A DNA stretch of 16,060 bases from Terrimicrobiaceae bacterium. Its GTDB lineage: Bacteria > Verrucomicrobiota > Verrucomicrobiia > Chthoniobacterales > Terrimicrobiaceae. Numbering within the stretch: position 1 is the first letter of the stretch; each line of letters starts with the position of its first letter. Where the stretch lies: contig JBIIPZ010000053.1 in assembly GCA_044342325.1 (NCBI GenBank), forward strand, positions 1 to 16,060, written 5' to 3'. This document shows, piece by piece, positions 1-9,622 of the stretch. Made by a program: the position numbers and the translations under genes. The notes under the pieces were generated by a model. That model was not told where the DNA came from. It was given only the letters and a program-made list of their open reading frames with translations, and searched no databases.

Positions 1-12
1 TGATGCTCTTGG

Positions 13-1026
13 CTACGGGGCGACTTTTTTTGCGATATACTGGACTACTTTATCCAGGCCTTCTTTGATCTCGGCGCAGATGGGAATGACCTTGAGTTTT
101 GGGAAGCGGGTCTTGAAGGCCTTGAGATTCTCTTCGGCCTCAGGCAGGTCCATTTTATTGGCAATGATGCACGACGGCTTGGCTGTGAGCGTGGGATCGT
201 AGAGGCGCAGTTCCTTGCGGAGCGATTGATAGTCGTCAATCGGGTTTCGGCCTTCGCTGCCAGCCATGTCGAGGACAAAGAAGAGGGATTTGCAGCGAAC
301 GATGTGGCGGAGGAACTCGTGACCGAGGCCGCGATTTTCGTGGGCACCCTCGATCAAACCGGGGATGTCCGCCATGGTGGAGCGACCGTATTCAGGAAGG
401 TCAATGACACCGACCAAGGGATGCAGCGTGGTGAAAGGATATGCAGCCGTCTTGGGCTTCGCTGCGGAGAGTTCACGGAGGAGTGTGGATTTCCCAGCAT
501 TCGGATATCCCACCAGGCCGATATCGGCAATCGTTCGGAGCTCAAATAAAAACCAGCCCTCTTCGCCAGGGTAGCCTTTGGTGACCTGACGCGGCACACG
601 ATTCGTGGAGGACTTGAAATGCGTGTTGCCCTTTCCGCCGTCCCCACCTTTGCTCAAAATGAACTCCTGCCCCGGCTCGGAGAGATCCGCGATAGGCTCT
701 ATTTCCACCTCATCGCGCTGGGACTGGCCCGCACGGTAGATCACCGTGCCAATGGGAACTTTGATGTAGTTATGCTCGGCACTCCGGCCATGCTTGTCCT
801 TCCCTTTACCATGCCCTCCACGCTTGGAGCGGATCAATGGCTCGAAAAACAAGGCCACCAAGCTGTCCACATCGTGGTCGGCCACGAGGATGATATCGCC
901 GCCCCTGCCGCCATCACCACCATCCGGGCCGCCGCGCGGGACGAACTTTTCGCGGCGAAAGCTGCAGCAACCATTACCTCCATCACCCGCTTTGGCATGC
1001 ACGCGGATCTCATCGACAAATTTCAT
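13..1026 (-). CDS. obgE: GTPase Obg/CgtA (337 aa)
   Basis: Starts MKFVDEIRVHAKAGDGGNGCCSFRREKFVPRGGPDGGDGG (glycine-rich Obg fold). G motifs are GYPNAGKST, YPFTT, DIPG and NKMD. True start is the ATG at 1026, not the ORF-track start at 1230. Confidence 0.97.
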   Translation of the reverse strand: MKFVDEIRVHAKAGDGGNGCCSFRREKFVPRGGPDGGDGGRGGDIILVADHDVDSLVALFFEPLIRSKRGGHGKGKDKHGRSAEHNYIKVPIGTVIYRAGQSQRDEVEIEPIADLSEPGQEFILSKGGDGGKGNTHFKSSTNRVPRQVTKGYPGEEGWFLFELRTIADIGLVGYPNAGKSTLLRELSAAKPKTAAYPFTTLHPLVGVIDLPEYGRSTMADIPGLIEGAHENRGLGHEFLRHIVRCKSLFFVLDMAGSEGRNPIDDYQSLRKELRLYDPTLTAKPSCIIANKMDLPEAEENLKAFKTRFPKLKVIPICAEIKEGLDKVVQYIAKKVAP

Positions 1027-1113
1027 ACCCGCAAAGTGGCCGACATGACTGGACAAGTCGAACTCGAATTGGAAAACGAGGGAGTTTTGAGTATGGAAAA
1101 TCGATCGGTCGAG

Positions 1114-1122
1114 TGCTATGAT
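1114..1122 (+). promoter_or_regulatory. Candidate extended -10 promoter (TGcTATGAT) for the aminotransferase
   Basis: TG-c-TATGAT ends 6 nt before the ATG at 1129, with no Shine-Dalgarno in between. Confidence 0.45.
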
Positions 1123-1128
1123 TTCAGC

Positions 1129-2478
1129 ATGAGCACCAGCCCCTCGATTGAAACGCTGCGCGACTTGGACCGGCAATACCACCTGCATCCCTTCACGAAC
1201 CATCTGGACATGCACCAGCCCGGCACACACCTGATCAAGTCAGGCGATGGATGCCACCTCATCGATGAGAACGACCGCCGTCTGCTCGATGGACTCGCCG
1301 GCCTCTGGTGCGTGAATGTGGGCTACAGCTGCGCCCCCATCGTTAAGGCTGTCGAAGCGCAGATGACGAGGCTTCCCTTTTACCCATCGTTTTTCAACAC
1401 CACCACCGAGCCGCCCATCCGCGTTGCGGAATTTCTGGCAAAAAAAGCTCCCGCCCGCGTGAACCGCACAGTGTTTTCAAACTCCGGCTCCGAAGCGAAT
1501 GAAACCGCTCTCAAGCTCATCCGCTCCTACCACAAGCTGCGCGGTCAGCCGCAAAAGAAGAAAATCCTCTCTCGCACATTTTCGTATCACGGAGTGACGC
1601 TGGCCACCTCGAGTCTCACCGGCCTGCCGACAGTCTATGAGCCTTTCGATCTGCCTCTGTCAGGCTTCATCCATGTTCCTGGCCCTCACCCTTACGGCTA
1701 CAACTCGCCGATGGATGCCGAAGCGTTCGGCCGCTGGTGTCTTGAGGAAACCTCGCGCATCATCCGCGAGGAAGGCCCCGAAACCATCGCCGCCATGTTC
1801 GTCGAGCCTATTCAAGGCGCAGGCGGCGTCATTCCGCCGCCTCCAGGCTACCTCTCCGAACTCCGCGAACTCCTCCGAAAAAATGACATCCTCTTCGTTG
1901 CCGACGAAGTCATCACCGCCTTCGGGCGTGTCGGCGATTGGTTCGCCAGCACACTCTGGAATCTGGATCCCGACATCATCACATTGGCAAAAGGCATTAC
2001 CAGCGGCTACCTCCCGCTCGGAGCCACCATGGTCAGTGACGAAATCGCCGAGACCGTTTTTAAAGGTGGCTATTTCGCCCATGGCTTCACCTACTCCGGG
2101 CACCCCACCAGCGCCGCCGCCGCCCTCGCTAACCTCGAAACGATTGAGAACCTCGGCCTGATCGAGCGCGTGAGAGATGATGTCGGCCCCTACTTTCAGA
2201 AAAAACTCCACGCCTTTGCTGACCACCCCGCCGTCGGCGAAATCCGGGGCCACATGCTCATCGGCGCCATCGAACTTCTCCCGAAAGGCGGTCGCGAAGC
2301 CATTACTCCCGCCACCTCGCTCGGCATCCCCGCTGCCGCACACATTCGCAATGAAGGCTCGATCGTCCGAGGCATTCGCAACCTCATCGCTGTGGCGCCG
2401 CCGCTCATCATCACCCACGCTGAAATCGATGAGCTCTTCGCCAGCATCGAACGCGGATTGGAGAAACTCTGGGAGTGA
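1129..2478 (+). CDS. Class III PLP-dependent aminotransferase (omega-amine/putrescine:pyruvate transaminase-like, 449 aa)
   Basis: Motifs LHPFT, DGLAGLWCVNVG, NSGSEANETA, SYHG, FVEPIQGAGG, ADEVITAFGR, TLAKGITSGY (PLP lysine) and HGFTYSGHP. Start taken as MSTSPS at 1129. Confidence 0.93.
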   Translation: MSTSPSIETLRDLDRQYHLHPFTNHLDMHQPGTHLIKSGDGCHLIDENDRRLLDGLAGLWCVNVGYSCAPIVKAVEAQMTRLPFYPSFFNTTTEPPIRVAEFLAKKAPARVNRTVFSNSGSEANETALKLIRSYHKLRGQPQKKKILSRTFSYHGVTLATSSLTGLPTVYEPFDLPLSGFIHVPGPHPYGYNSPMDAEAFGRWCLEETSRIIREEGPETIAAMFVEPIQGAGGVIPPPPGYLSELRELLRKNDILFVADEVITAFGRVGDWFASTLWNLDPDIITLAKGITSGYLPLGATMVSDEIAETVFKGGYFAHGFTYSGHPTSAAAALANLETIENLGLIERVRDDVGPYFQKKLHAFADHPAVGEIRGHMLIGAIELLPKGGREAITPATSLGIPAAAHIRNEGSIVRGIRNLIAVAPPLIITHAEIDELFASIERGLEKLWE

Positions 2479-2565
2479 GCCTTTAAAAAAGGCGGAATAC
2501 GAAAATCGCCGCGAACGGAAGATGTGATTTACTTTTCACGCATTCCCTGATAGACGCCGCTCAAG

Positions 2566-2961
2566 ATGAAACCTTTTGACCCACTGGTTAAGGAACTTTT
2601 GGAATCCGTTCAGACAGAAACCTCATTCAAGAATGTCATGAGCAAGTTTTTAGAGTTGGTTGAAACGACAGATTTTATGTCGCACTGCAATCATAAGAAA
2701 AACGACACGGTGCAACAGTTGTCGGCTTCCGCACTCAAGGCCAAGCTGGGCATCGAGGCTCCGATCAACTCCATGAGGCTTATGCACTACCCCAAGTTTG
2801 ATTTCTTCCATGGCACGGCCTTCATTGCCACAGGGTTCTTCCAAGTTTTCTATTTCCGACGCGAAAAGATCGGCCTCGTTTCAGTGGTCGGGCCCGCAGG
2901 AAGTATGGATTACATCCGCCTCTCGGTGGTCGGCGAGTCCCCAGACCCGTCCCTGAATTAG
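2566..2961 (+). CDS. Hypothetical protein (131 aa)
   Basis: ATG-started ORF that fills the gap between the aminotransferase and the response regulator and has protein-like composition. No motif recognised. Confidence 0.7.
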   Translation: MKPFDPLVKELLESVQTETSFKNVMSKFLELVETTDFMSHCNHKKNDTVQQLSASALKAKLGIEAPINSMRLMHYPKFDFFHGTAFIATGFFQVFYFRREKIGLVSVVGPAGSMDYIRLSVVGESPDPSLN

Positions 2962-2997
2962 GCGTGGCAATCAACCGGGAATCCACTAACAGGAGGT

Positions 2998-3375
2998 ATG
3001 CCCAAGATTCTACTTGTTGAAGACAACGAGATGAACCGCGATATGCTCTCCCGCCGTCTGGCGAAGCGGGGATTCGAAGTCGTCATGGCTGTGGATGGCG
3101 CAGAGGGCGTGGAGATGGCGCGCAGCGCACGGCCGGATGTGATCCTCATGGACATGAGCCTGCCAGTCATGGATGGCTGGACGGCGACGCGGAAATTGAA
3201 GGCGGATGCCTCGACGAGAGGGATTCCAGTGATCGGTCTCACGGCCCACGCTATGGCAGGCGACCGCGAGAAGTGCCTGGAAGCAGGATGCGACGAGTAT
3301 GACACGAAGCCGGTCGATTTCCCCCGCTTGCTGGAGAAAATTCAAGTCCACATTGATAAAAAACCTGCCGCTTGA
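2998..3375 (+). CDS. Single-domain response regulator (CheY/DivK-like receiver)
   Basis: Motifs ILLVEDN, ILMDMSLPVMDG (phospho-Asp), LTAHAM and YDTKP. AGGAGG lies directly before the start. Confidence 0.95.
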   Translation: MPKILLVEDNEMNRDMLSRRLAKRGFEVVMAVDGAEGVEMARSARPDVILMDMSLPVMDGWTATRKLKADASTRGIPVIGLTAHAMAGDREKCLEAGCDEYDTKPVDFPRLLEKIQVHIDKKPAA

Positions 3376-4817
3376 ATCCAGACTCCCACAGCTCACCGGA
3401 TGCAGCGTCCCAGCTGCGTCATGATCTGCGGACGCCGGTCAATCACATCATCGGCTACAGCGAGATGTTGCTCGAGGATGCGGAGGAGTGCGGCAATGAA
3501 TCCAGCGCCTCGGATTTGAAAAAAATCCGCTCCGCCGCGCACGAGTTGCTGGGATTGATCAATACGCGGTTGAGTGCCGGCGGGCTTCAAGAGCTGCCGA
3601 AGCCATCCAATGCTGCGACATGGAAGGGCGGCGATTCCAAGCGGTCGGAGAAACTTTTTTACGGAAAGGTGCTCGCGGTGGATGACAACCGCGAAAATCT
3701 CGATGTGCTAGCGCGCCGTCTGGCTCGTCATGGCTTGGATGTGGAGACGGCGGAGAGCGGGCTTGTGGCCTTGGCTACGATCCGCTCCCAAGCGTTCGAC
3801 TTGGTGCTTCTCGATGTCATGATGCCGGGCGTTGATGGCTATACGGTGCTGCGGGAATTGAAGTCGGATCCGGAGACCCGGGACATTCCTGTGATTATGA
3901 TTTCGGCGTTGGATGAATTGGATAGCGTCACGCGGTGCATCGAGGCGGGTGCGGAGGATTACCTCCCGAAGCCCTTCGACCCGACGCTGCTTGAGGCCCG
4001 CATAGGCGCCTGCTTGGAAAAGAAAGCCCTGCGCGACGCCGAGCATGGGCATTTGCACAAAATCGAGGAAACCCAAAATCGCTTGGATAAAGAGCTCGCC
4101 GAGGCAGCGGCCTATGTGCGCTCGACCCTGCCTGTCCCGACGGAATCCCCTCTCCCGGTGAACTGGAAATACCGCCCCTCGAGCGAACTCGCTGGGGATT
4201 CCTTCGGCTACCATTGGATCGATGCGGAGCATTTTGCGATTTACCTGCTGGATGTCTGCGGGCACGGCGTCGGAGCCTGTCTGCTCTCGGTCTCCGCCAT
4301 CAATGTCCTGCGCTCGGGTTCTCTCCCAGGCGTTGATTTGCGAAATCCCGGCGAGGTGCTCACGGCATTGAACAACGCGTTTCCGATGGAGAAGCAGAAC
4401 AACCTCTACTTCACTCTCTGGTATGGCGTGTATCACGCGCCAAGCCGCACCCTGAGCTTCGCCAGCGGCGGGCATCCCCCGGCGCTTTTGCTTGAGCCCA
4501 CCACTAGCGGAGCGTTTCAATCCCGCCGCCTGAGCTCGAATGGTATGATCATCGGAGTGATGGAAGACACGCCATTCAGCACGCAGAATTGCACCATCCT
4601 GCCGGGGGCCAGGCTTTATGTGCTGTGCGATGGATGCTATGAAATCCGCAACGCATCAGGGGAGATGGCGGATTATGCGGCATTCGAGGCCTTCATGACG
4701 GCCCATGCCGACTCCCCGGATCCGCTCGGCGACTTGGAAAACTGGGCCATCGCACAACGCGGCGAGAGCACTTTGGAGGATGATTTTTCCATCATGCAGA
4801 TTCAGTTCCCCGCATGA
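3372..4817 (+). CDS. HisKA-like helix + receiver domain + PP2C/SpoIIE (RsbU-like) serine phosphatase
   Basis: N-terminal H-box [19 protein letters not shown]. Receiver motifs AVDDN, LLDVMMP and YLPKPF. PP2C motifs AGDSF, DVCGHG, CDG and EDDFS. The TTG start overlaps the upstream stop. Confidence 0.92.
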   Translation: MNPDSHSSPDAASQLRHDLRTPVNHIIGYSEMLLEDAEECGNESSASDLKKIRSAAHELLGLINTRLSAGGLQELPKPSNAATWKGGDSKRSEKLFYGKVLAVDDNRENLDVLARRLARHGLDVETAESGLVALATIRSQAFDLVLLDVMMPGVDGYTVLRELKSDPETRDIPVIMISALDELDSVTRCIEAGAEDYLPKPFDPTLLEARIGACLEKKALRDAEHGHLHKIEETQNRLDKELAEAAAYVRSTLPVPTESPLPVNWKYRPSSELAGDSFGYHWIDAEHFAIYLLDVCGHGVGACLLSVSAINVLRSGSLPGVDLRNPGEVLTALNNAFPMEKQNNLYFTLWYGVYHAPSRTLSFASGGHPPALLLEPTTSGAFQSRRLSSNGMIIGVMEDTPFSTQNCTILPGARLYVLCDGCYEIRNASGEMADYAAFEAFMTAHADSPDPLGDLENWAIAQRGESTLEDDFSIMQIQFPA

Positions 4818-5230
4818 ACGAGCAGCACTCCATTCGCATCGGGAATTCCATGACAGAGGTGGCATCCGCGCTGGACGAAGTCGCGAACTGGATCGAGCCG
4901 CTTCAAGTGTCAGCGAAGGCGCGATATTTCTTGAGCCTCGCCATCGAGGAATTGGCTACGAACTGGATCAAATACGGATGCCGCGACACAGGTGCGCATT
5001 CCATGATATTTGATCTCTTGGTCTGTGATGGCAGGCTGACCCTCACAGCCACAGACGATGGCCTCCCCTTCAACCCCATGGACGCGCCAGTGCCCTCGAC
5101 CAACCTTCCGCTTGAGGAACGCGATACCGGAGGGCTTGGCATTCTTCTCTTGCGAAAAATGGCCGATGAAATGAGCTATGAGCACCGCGAAGGAATGAAT
5201 ATTCTCACACTCGAAAAAGCACTCTACTGA
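4814..5230 (+). CDS. Anti-sigma factor / serine kinase, RsbW/SpoIIAB-like (HATPase_c_2)
   Basis: Motifs LAIEELATNWIKYG, TDDGLPFNP, GGLGILLLRKMAD and GMNILTLEK. ATGA overlap with the phosphatase gene. Confidence 0.92.
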   Translation: MNEQHSIRIGNSMTEVASALDEVANWIEPLQVSAKARYFLSLAIEELATNWIKYGCRDTGAHSMIFDLLVCDGRLTLTATDDGLPFNPMDAPVPSTNLPLEERDTGGLGILLLRKMADEMSYEHREGMNILTLEKALY

Positions 5231-5237
5231 TCCAACG

Positions 5238-5864
5238 ATGAGCAAACTTGATATCAAAATCCGCTCCAAGCCCCACTCCGAGCAATTCCGCGAAGTATTC
5301 ATGACGCTTTCCGGGACATTGGACGCAACGACCGTTCTGAAATTCGAGAGGGAAATCGCGACGCTCATTGCGACAAAACCGCATCGGATCGTGCTGGAAA
5401 CCGCCGAGGTCAACCACATCCATGGGCAGGTTTTTGAAATCCTGAACAATGCCCATGCGGAGCAGCGCCGCCACGACGGGGAACTCCTGATCATCAATAA
5501 GCATGAGGTTGTGGAATCCATTCGCCTGGAGGCGCGAGATCTCGATGGCGTGCAAATTGTGAAACTCAGCGGACACCTGGATATTCGAGGCGTGGCCAGC
5601 ATCGAATCGAGGTTTCTGGAATTCTTTGAAACTGCAAATCCACAAGTGTTGGTGGATTTTTCAACAGCGGATTCGTTGTCATCCCTTGGAATTCGTCTGC
5701 TGCTTCAAGGCATTAAAAACGCGGCAGCACGAGGCGGACGCACCTTGATCTTGAACCCCACGCCACCGATCTCCGCCGCGCTGGAGACCGCCGGCCTGGG
5801 CCAATTCATTGCCCGTGGCACGGAGGCTGAGATCGCCGCCGGGTTCCCAGCCAGCAAAAAGTAA
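5238..5864 (+). CDS. Tandem STAS-domain anti-sigma factor antagonist (RsbV/SpoIIAA-like)
   Basis: Two STAS-like halves (LSGTLDA...IVLE and LSGHLDI...[15 protein letters not shown]). Only the second half has the phosphorylatable Ser motif. Confidence 0.88.
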   Translation: MSKLDIKIRSKPHSEQFREVFMTLSGTLDATTVLKFEREIATLIATKPHRIVLETAEVNHIHGQVFEILNNAHAEQRRHDGELLIINKHEVVESIRLEARDLDGVQIVKLSGHLDIRGVASIESRFLEFFETANPQVLVDFSTADSLSSLGIRLLLQGIKNAAARGGRTLILNPTPPISAALETAGLGQFIARGTEAEIAAGFPASKK

Positions 5865-5888
5865 AATGTTACTCAAAAATATTTTGTT

Positions 5889-6021
5889 TAACCACGGAGG
5901 ACACGGAGAGCACGGAGGAGAATTGCAAGCCGAAGGAAAAATCCTCCACGGCTTTTTGCCCTTTTCTACATGCTGCGAAACCTCATTTTCTACTCCGTGC
6001 TCTCCGTGCTCTCCGTGGTTA
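5889..6021. repeat. REP/MITE-like element with 29-bp terminal inverted repeats made of 9-bp CACGGAGAG units
   Basis: 5889-5917 taaccacggaggacacggagagcacggag matches the reverse complement of 5993-6021 (taaccacggagagcacggagagcacggag) at 27 of 29 positions. Confidence 0.85.
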
Positions 6022-6040
6022 TTCCCCCTCAAACCCATTC

Positions 6041-8074
6041 ATGGTTGAGAAACTGATGAGTAAAAGCCACGAAGTCATTTTCTCGAAAGCAGGTGTTTTT
6101 ATTCGATCCCTGCTGCGCTTCGGCATTGCCCGCCAGTTGCAATTCTTTGTCGCGCTTGCGGCCATTGTCACCTTAGGGATTACCACTTGGACAAACTACC
6201 GGCTTGGCAGGGCGGAATTGCTGAAAGTGGCCAATGCGCGGGCCATGACTGAAGTGACCGACTCCGCCCGCGAACTGGATGATTTGTTTTCCCGCATCGC
6301 CATGCTGCCGCGCAGCATCGCCACATTGCAGGAGGCCTACGGCAACACGCCCGACCCGGCCATGACGAATTTCCTCCGTGAGTTGATGGCTCGCACGCCG
6401 CCGGAGGATGTTTACGGGCTCTACATAGCCTACGAGAATGTCGACTCCTTCTTAGCCTTCCACCGCAGATTCTGGCCGAACCTCACCCCGCTCGAATACG
6501 ACTACCGCGCGCCGGGGCAGGAATGGTATCAGGGCCCAAAAAACACAAGGACTCTGTTTTTTACTGAACCCTACTTCGACGAAGGCGCAGGAAATACCAG
6601 CATGGTCAGCCTGACTGTTCCCGTCATTGGAAAGAACCAAGAATTCCTCGGCGTGGCCGGCGCCGATCTGTCGCTGGAGCAAATCCGCCGCATGGTGAGC
6701 GCGATTCACATCCGGCTCCACATGGATTCGGTCAGCGAAAAAACTAACGATCAGATCGCATATCTCATCAGCCGCAGTGGCCGCATCATCGCTCATCCCG
6801 AGCCTACGCTCATGTTGAGAAAGGATTTTCCCGGAGCCGAGCTCGCGACCCTGCCGGCCGGAAAGGAAATCGCACAACGCGCGGAGGGCTTCGAGGCATT
6901 TACTGCCGGAGGGCACGCGATGCGGGCGTATTGGGCCACCGCACCACTCGCGAAGTGGAAACTTGTGCTCATCGTCCCCGAAGCCACCATCCTCGAGCCC
7001 GTGGTGCAAATGGCCTGGCAAACCCTGCAAGTTGGCTTGGGAGGAGTGGTGTTGGCCGTGCTCATGGCCACAGTCGTGGCACGACGGTTTTCAAGACCCG
7101 TCCTGCGACTCCGCACCGCTTCCAGCGCATTGCAGGAGGGCGAGTTCAAAAGCCTAGAACTTTCAGACCTCACCCGCCGGGCCGATGAACTCGGAGATCT
7201 TGCTCGCACTTTCGAAACCATGGCGGAGCGCATCAAGATGCGGGAACTTGAACTCGCGGATATGAACCTGAACCTCGAGTCCACCGTCGCCCAGCGCACT
7301 TCGGAGCTCGCTCAGGCCGTCAAGTTGGCCGAGTCGGCAAACCGCACAAAAAGCGCCTTCCTCGCCAACATGAGCCATGAACTCCGCACTCCGATGAACG
7401 CGATCATCGGCTACAGCGAAATGCTGGCGGAGGAGGCCGAAGAACTCGGTCAGGAAGGCTTCTTACCGGATCTCAAAAAAATACAAACCGCCGGCAAGCA
7501 TTTGCTCGAACTCATAAACGATGTCCTCGACCTGTCCAAAATCGAGTCAGGCAAAATGACCATCTACTACGAAAACATCGAAATCGCCACCATGGTTCGC
7601 GACATGGAATCCACCATGCAGCCCGCCGTGCAAAAGAACGGCAATACGCTCACCATCGAAATGCCCGACGACATTGGCAGCATGCAGAGCGACCTCACAA
7701 AAATCCGGCAAACCCTCTTCAACATCCTCGGCAACGCCGCGAAATTCACCCAGGAGGGTCAGATCAAGCTCACAGTCGGAGCGCATACCAAAAGCCGCCG
7801 CCAATTTATCAGTTTTGCCATCTCGGACACAGGCATCGGCATGAAGCCAAATCAACTCGAAAGGCTCTTCGAACCATTCACCCAAGCCGACGAATCCACA
7901 ACACGCAAATACGGCGGCACAGGTCTCGGACTCGCCATCAGCCGCAGATTTTGCAGAATGCTCGGCGGCGACATCGAAGCGCAAAGCAAACCCCGCAAAG
8001 GATCAACCTTCACAGTCACCCTACCCCGCAAAACAAAAAAGCCCCCAAAGACCGAGACCTCCACAGAGTCTTGA
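6041..8074 (+). CDS. Membrane sensor histidine kinase (TM - dCache-like - TM - HAMP - HisKA - HATPase_c)
   Basis: Two hydrophobic segments. Cache motifs QEWYQGP, FTEPYFD and [24 protein letters not shown]-box [19 protein letters not shown]-box [11 protein letters not shown] boxes DTGIG and GGTGLGL. An alternative start exists at 6056. Confidence 0.95.
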   Translation: MVEKLMSKSHEVIFSKAGVFIRSLLRFGIARQLQFFVALAAIVTLGITTWTNYRLGRAELLKVANARAMTEVTDSARELDDLFSRIAMLPRSIATLQEAYGNTPDPAMTNFLRELMARTPPEDVYGLYIAYENVDSFLAFHRRFWPNLTPLEYDYRAPGQEWYQGPKNTRTLFFTEPYFDEGAGNTSMVSLTVPVIGKNQEFLGVAGADLSLEQIRRMVSAIHIRLHMDSVSEKTNDQIAYLISRSGRIIAHPEPTLMLRKDFPGAELATLPAGKEIAQRAEGFEAFTAGGHAMRAYWATAPLAKWKLVLIVPEATILEPVVQMAWQTLQVGLGGVVLAVLMATVVARRFSRPVLRLRTASSALQEGEFKSLELSDLTRRADELGDLARTFETMAERIKMRELELADMNLNLESTVAQRTSELAQAVKLAESANRTKSAFLANMSHELRTPMNAIIGYSEMLAEEAEELGQEGFLPDLKKIQTAGKHLLELINDVLDLSKIESGKMTIYYENIEIATMVRDMESTMQPAVQKNGNTLTIEMPDDIGSMQSDLTKIRQTLFNILGNAAKFTQEGQIKLTVGAHTKSRRQFISFAISDTGIGMKPNQLERLFEPFTQADESTTRKYGGTGLGLAISRRFCRMLGGDIEAQSKPRKGSTFTVTLPRKTKKPPKTETSTES

Positions 8075-8112
8075 GGCAACTGCGAGGTATTGCTCGCCTC
8101 GTTGCGCGGGAT

Positions 8113-8508
8113 GGTCATCGTCTCGCATGACCCAAATTTCAGCCGAGTAGCGGCGTTTCTGCCTGATACGATGGCGGCGCTGCCGCGCATATGCAGGTCA
8201 GCGACGGCGCTTGGTGGTAGGAGCGTGACGATGCGATGGCGGAGCCGTGCAATCTTGGGTCAAGCCGGAGGTTGACCCTCCAACGGTTTGCACGATGCCG
8301 CGCGGGTCGTGAATCCGGGAGGGTCATCGTCTCGCATGACCCAAGTTTCAGCCGCGTAGCGGCGTCTCTGCTTGATGATATTGCGGCGTTGCCGCGTAGA
8401 TTGGTGAGCGACGGCGCTTGGTGTTGGGAGCGTGACGATGCGATGGCGGAGCCGTGCAATCTTGGGTCAAGCCGGAGGTTGACCCTCCAACGGTTTGCAC
8501 GATGCCGC
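8113..8508. repeat. Two tandem copies (8113-8301, 8322-8508) of a ~188-bp palindrome-rich non-coding element
   Basis: The last 82 bp are identical (8220-8301 = 8427-8508) and the 5' parts are diverged. Internal stems are GGTCAT/ATGACC, CGTGCAA/TTGCACG and GGGTCAA/TTGACCC. Confidence 0.92.
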
Positions 8509-8533
8509 AGAATCCCTTCTCGCGGTTTTCGGG

Positions 8534-9220
8534 CTAAACTTCCCGGCCGCCGTAGAGCCGCTCCAACCGGATGCGGGCCACGGCCAAGCTTACCTCGAAG
8601 GTATCTCGCACCAGGGCATGGAGAGCCGGGTCCTCCCATGCACGAGTGGCCGCCATGCTCTCGGGCTCATGCCCCCACCCTCTCAGTGCCGCACGAAGAG
8701 GAAAGACCGGCAGGAGCAGCGCAGAAATCATCCGGTCTGCCTGGTATTCCCACCAGTCCGGGGAGTTCTTGGTAAAATGGCCTTCCACATTCTCGTTCCG
8801 CTCGCGCCAAGTAATGAGGCGACGCGAATCCTCAAAGCCACCGGTGCGTTTTTTCTGCTCCCACAGCTCCAAAAAGAGATCGGTGTGCAGCAGACCGTGG
8901 CCACACTCATGGGCGAGCGTGCTCCGGCAGCGGCGGTTCACCACCGGGTTTTCCGGATCATTGAGCTTGGTATGCACAAACAGACCTTTCGGCCCCGTCT
9001 CGCCAAAATGCATGAGGCCCAAACAATCCTCGCCGAGATCGCGGAACTCATAGCTGAACCCGAATTCCATATCTACGAAGAGTTCGATATTCACCGGCCC
9101 GGGAACTTTGGAAATGAGCCCATGCCGCTTGAGTGCCTCCCTTGCTATGTCGTCGAACTCGTGTTCCTCAAACCAGCGCCGCCTCAGGAACGGCCCCGAC
9201 TTGGCCGGCAAATCCTTCAT
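8534..9220 (-). CDS. ImmA/IrrE-family zinc metallopeptidase (228 aa)
   Basis: Motif RRCRSTLAHECGHGLLH (HEXXH), then EYQADRMISALLLP and C-terminal FEVSLAVARIRL. The ATG at 9220 overlaps the xre stop (ATGA). Confidence 0.92.
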   Translation of the reverse strand: MKDLPAKSGPFLRRRWFEEHEFDDIAREALKRHGLISKVPGPVNIELFVDMEFGFSYEFRDLGEDCLGLMHFGETGPKGLFVHTKLNDPENPVVNRRCRSTLAHECGHGLLHTDLFLELWEQKKRTGGFEDSRRLITWRERNENVEGHFTKNSPDWWEYQADRMISALLLPVFPLRAALRGWGHEPESMAATRAWEDPALHALVRDTFEVSLAVARIRLERLYGGREV

Positions 9221-9588
9221 TCGCCTTTTTTCTCGTCCACCCGCACCTCGATCAAGCGCACCAGACCTCCCGGCGTGAGATTCGAGTTCTGCGCCTCCTT
9301 TACCATCCGCCGGAAGGCAGTGGCCCACTCGGGATTCTCCTCCACCAACCTCCGGATTTCACTCACCGGGGCGCGGTCATCGAGTTCCTTCAATTCCTCC
9401 ACGGGCACCTCCAGCGCCTGCGCGATCCGCTCCAGATTTTCCGGTGCGGGTTTGCGATACCCCTTTTCGATGTCTGCGATAAACGCCACAGACTTGATGC
9501 CCGCCTTCAAAGCGAGCGCACGCATTGAGAGTTTTTTCTCCAGGCGAAGCTGGCGAATGCGGTCCCCCAGCGAGTTTGCTTGGCTCAT
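9217..9588 (-). CDS. XRE-family helix-turn-helix transcriptional regulator (123 aa)
   Basis: LGDRIRQLRLEKKLSMRALALKAGIKSVAFIADIEKGYRKP...LERIAQALEV is a typical HTH_3 sequence. Start MSQANS at 9588. Confidence 0.93.
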   Translation of the reverse strand: MSQANSLGDRIRQLRLEKKLSMRALALKAGIKSVAFIADIEKGYRKPAPENLERIAQALEVPVEELKELDDRAPVSEIRRLVEENPEWATAFRRMVKEAQNSNLTPGGLVRLIEVRVDEKKGE

Positions 9589-9622
9589 ATTTAGTTGGAT
9601 TAATTTTTCATGCGTTGTCTGC

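Noticed and set aside
619..1128. 170-aa N-terminal extension of the aminotransferase, and the matching extension of Obg to 1230
   Set aside because: These are open antisense frames overlapping the divergent gene. Family homology begins at 1129 and 1026 respectively.
8090..8775. ORFs spanning the tandem ~188-bp elements
   Set aside because: The copies differ by frame-breaking indels and the translations are not protein-like.
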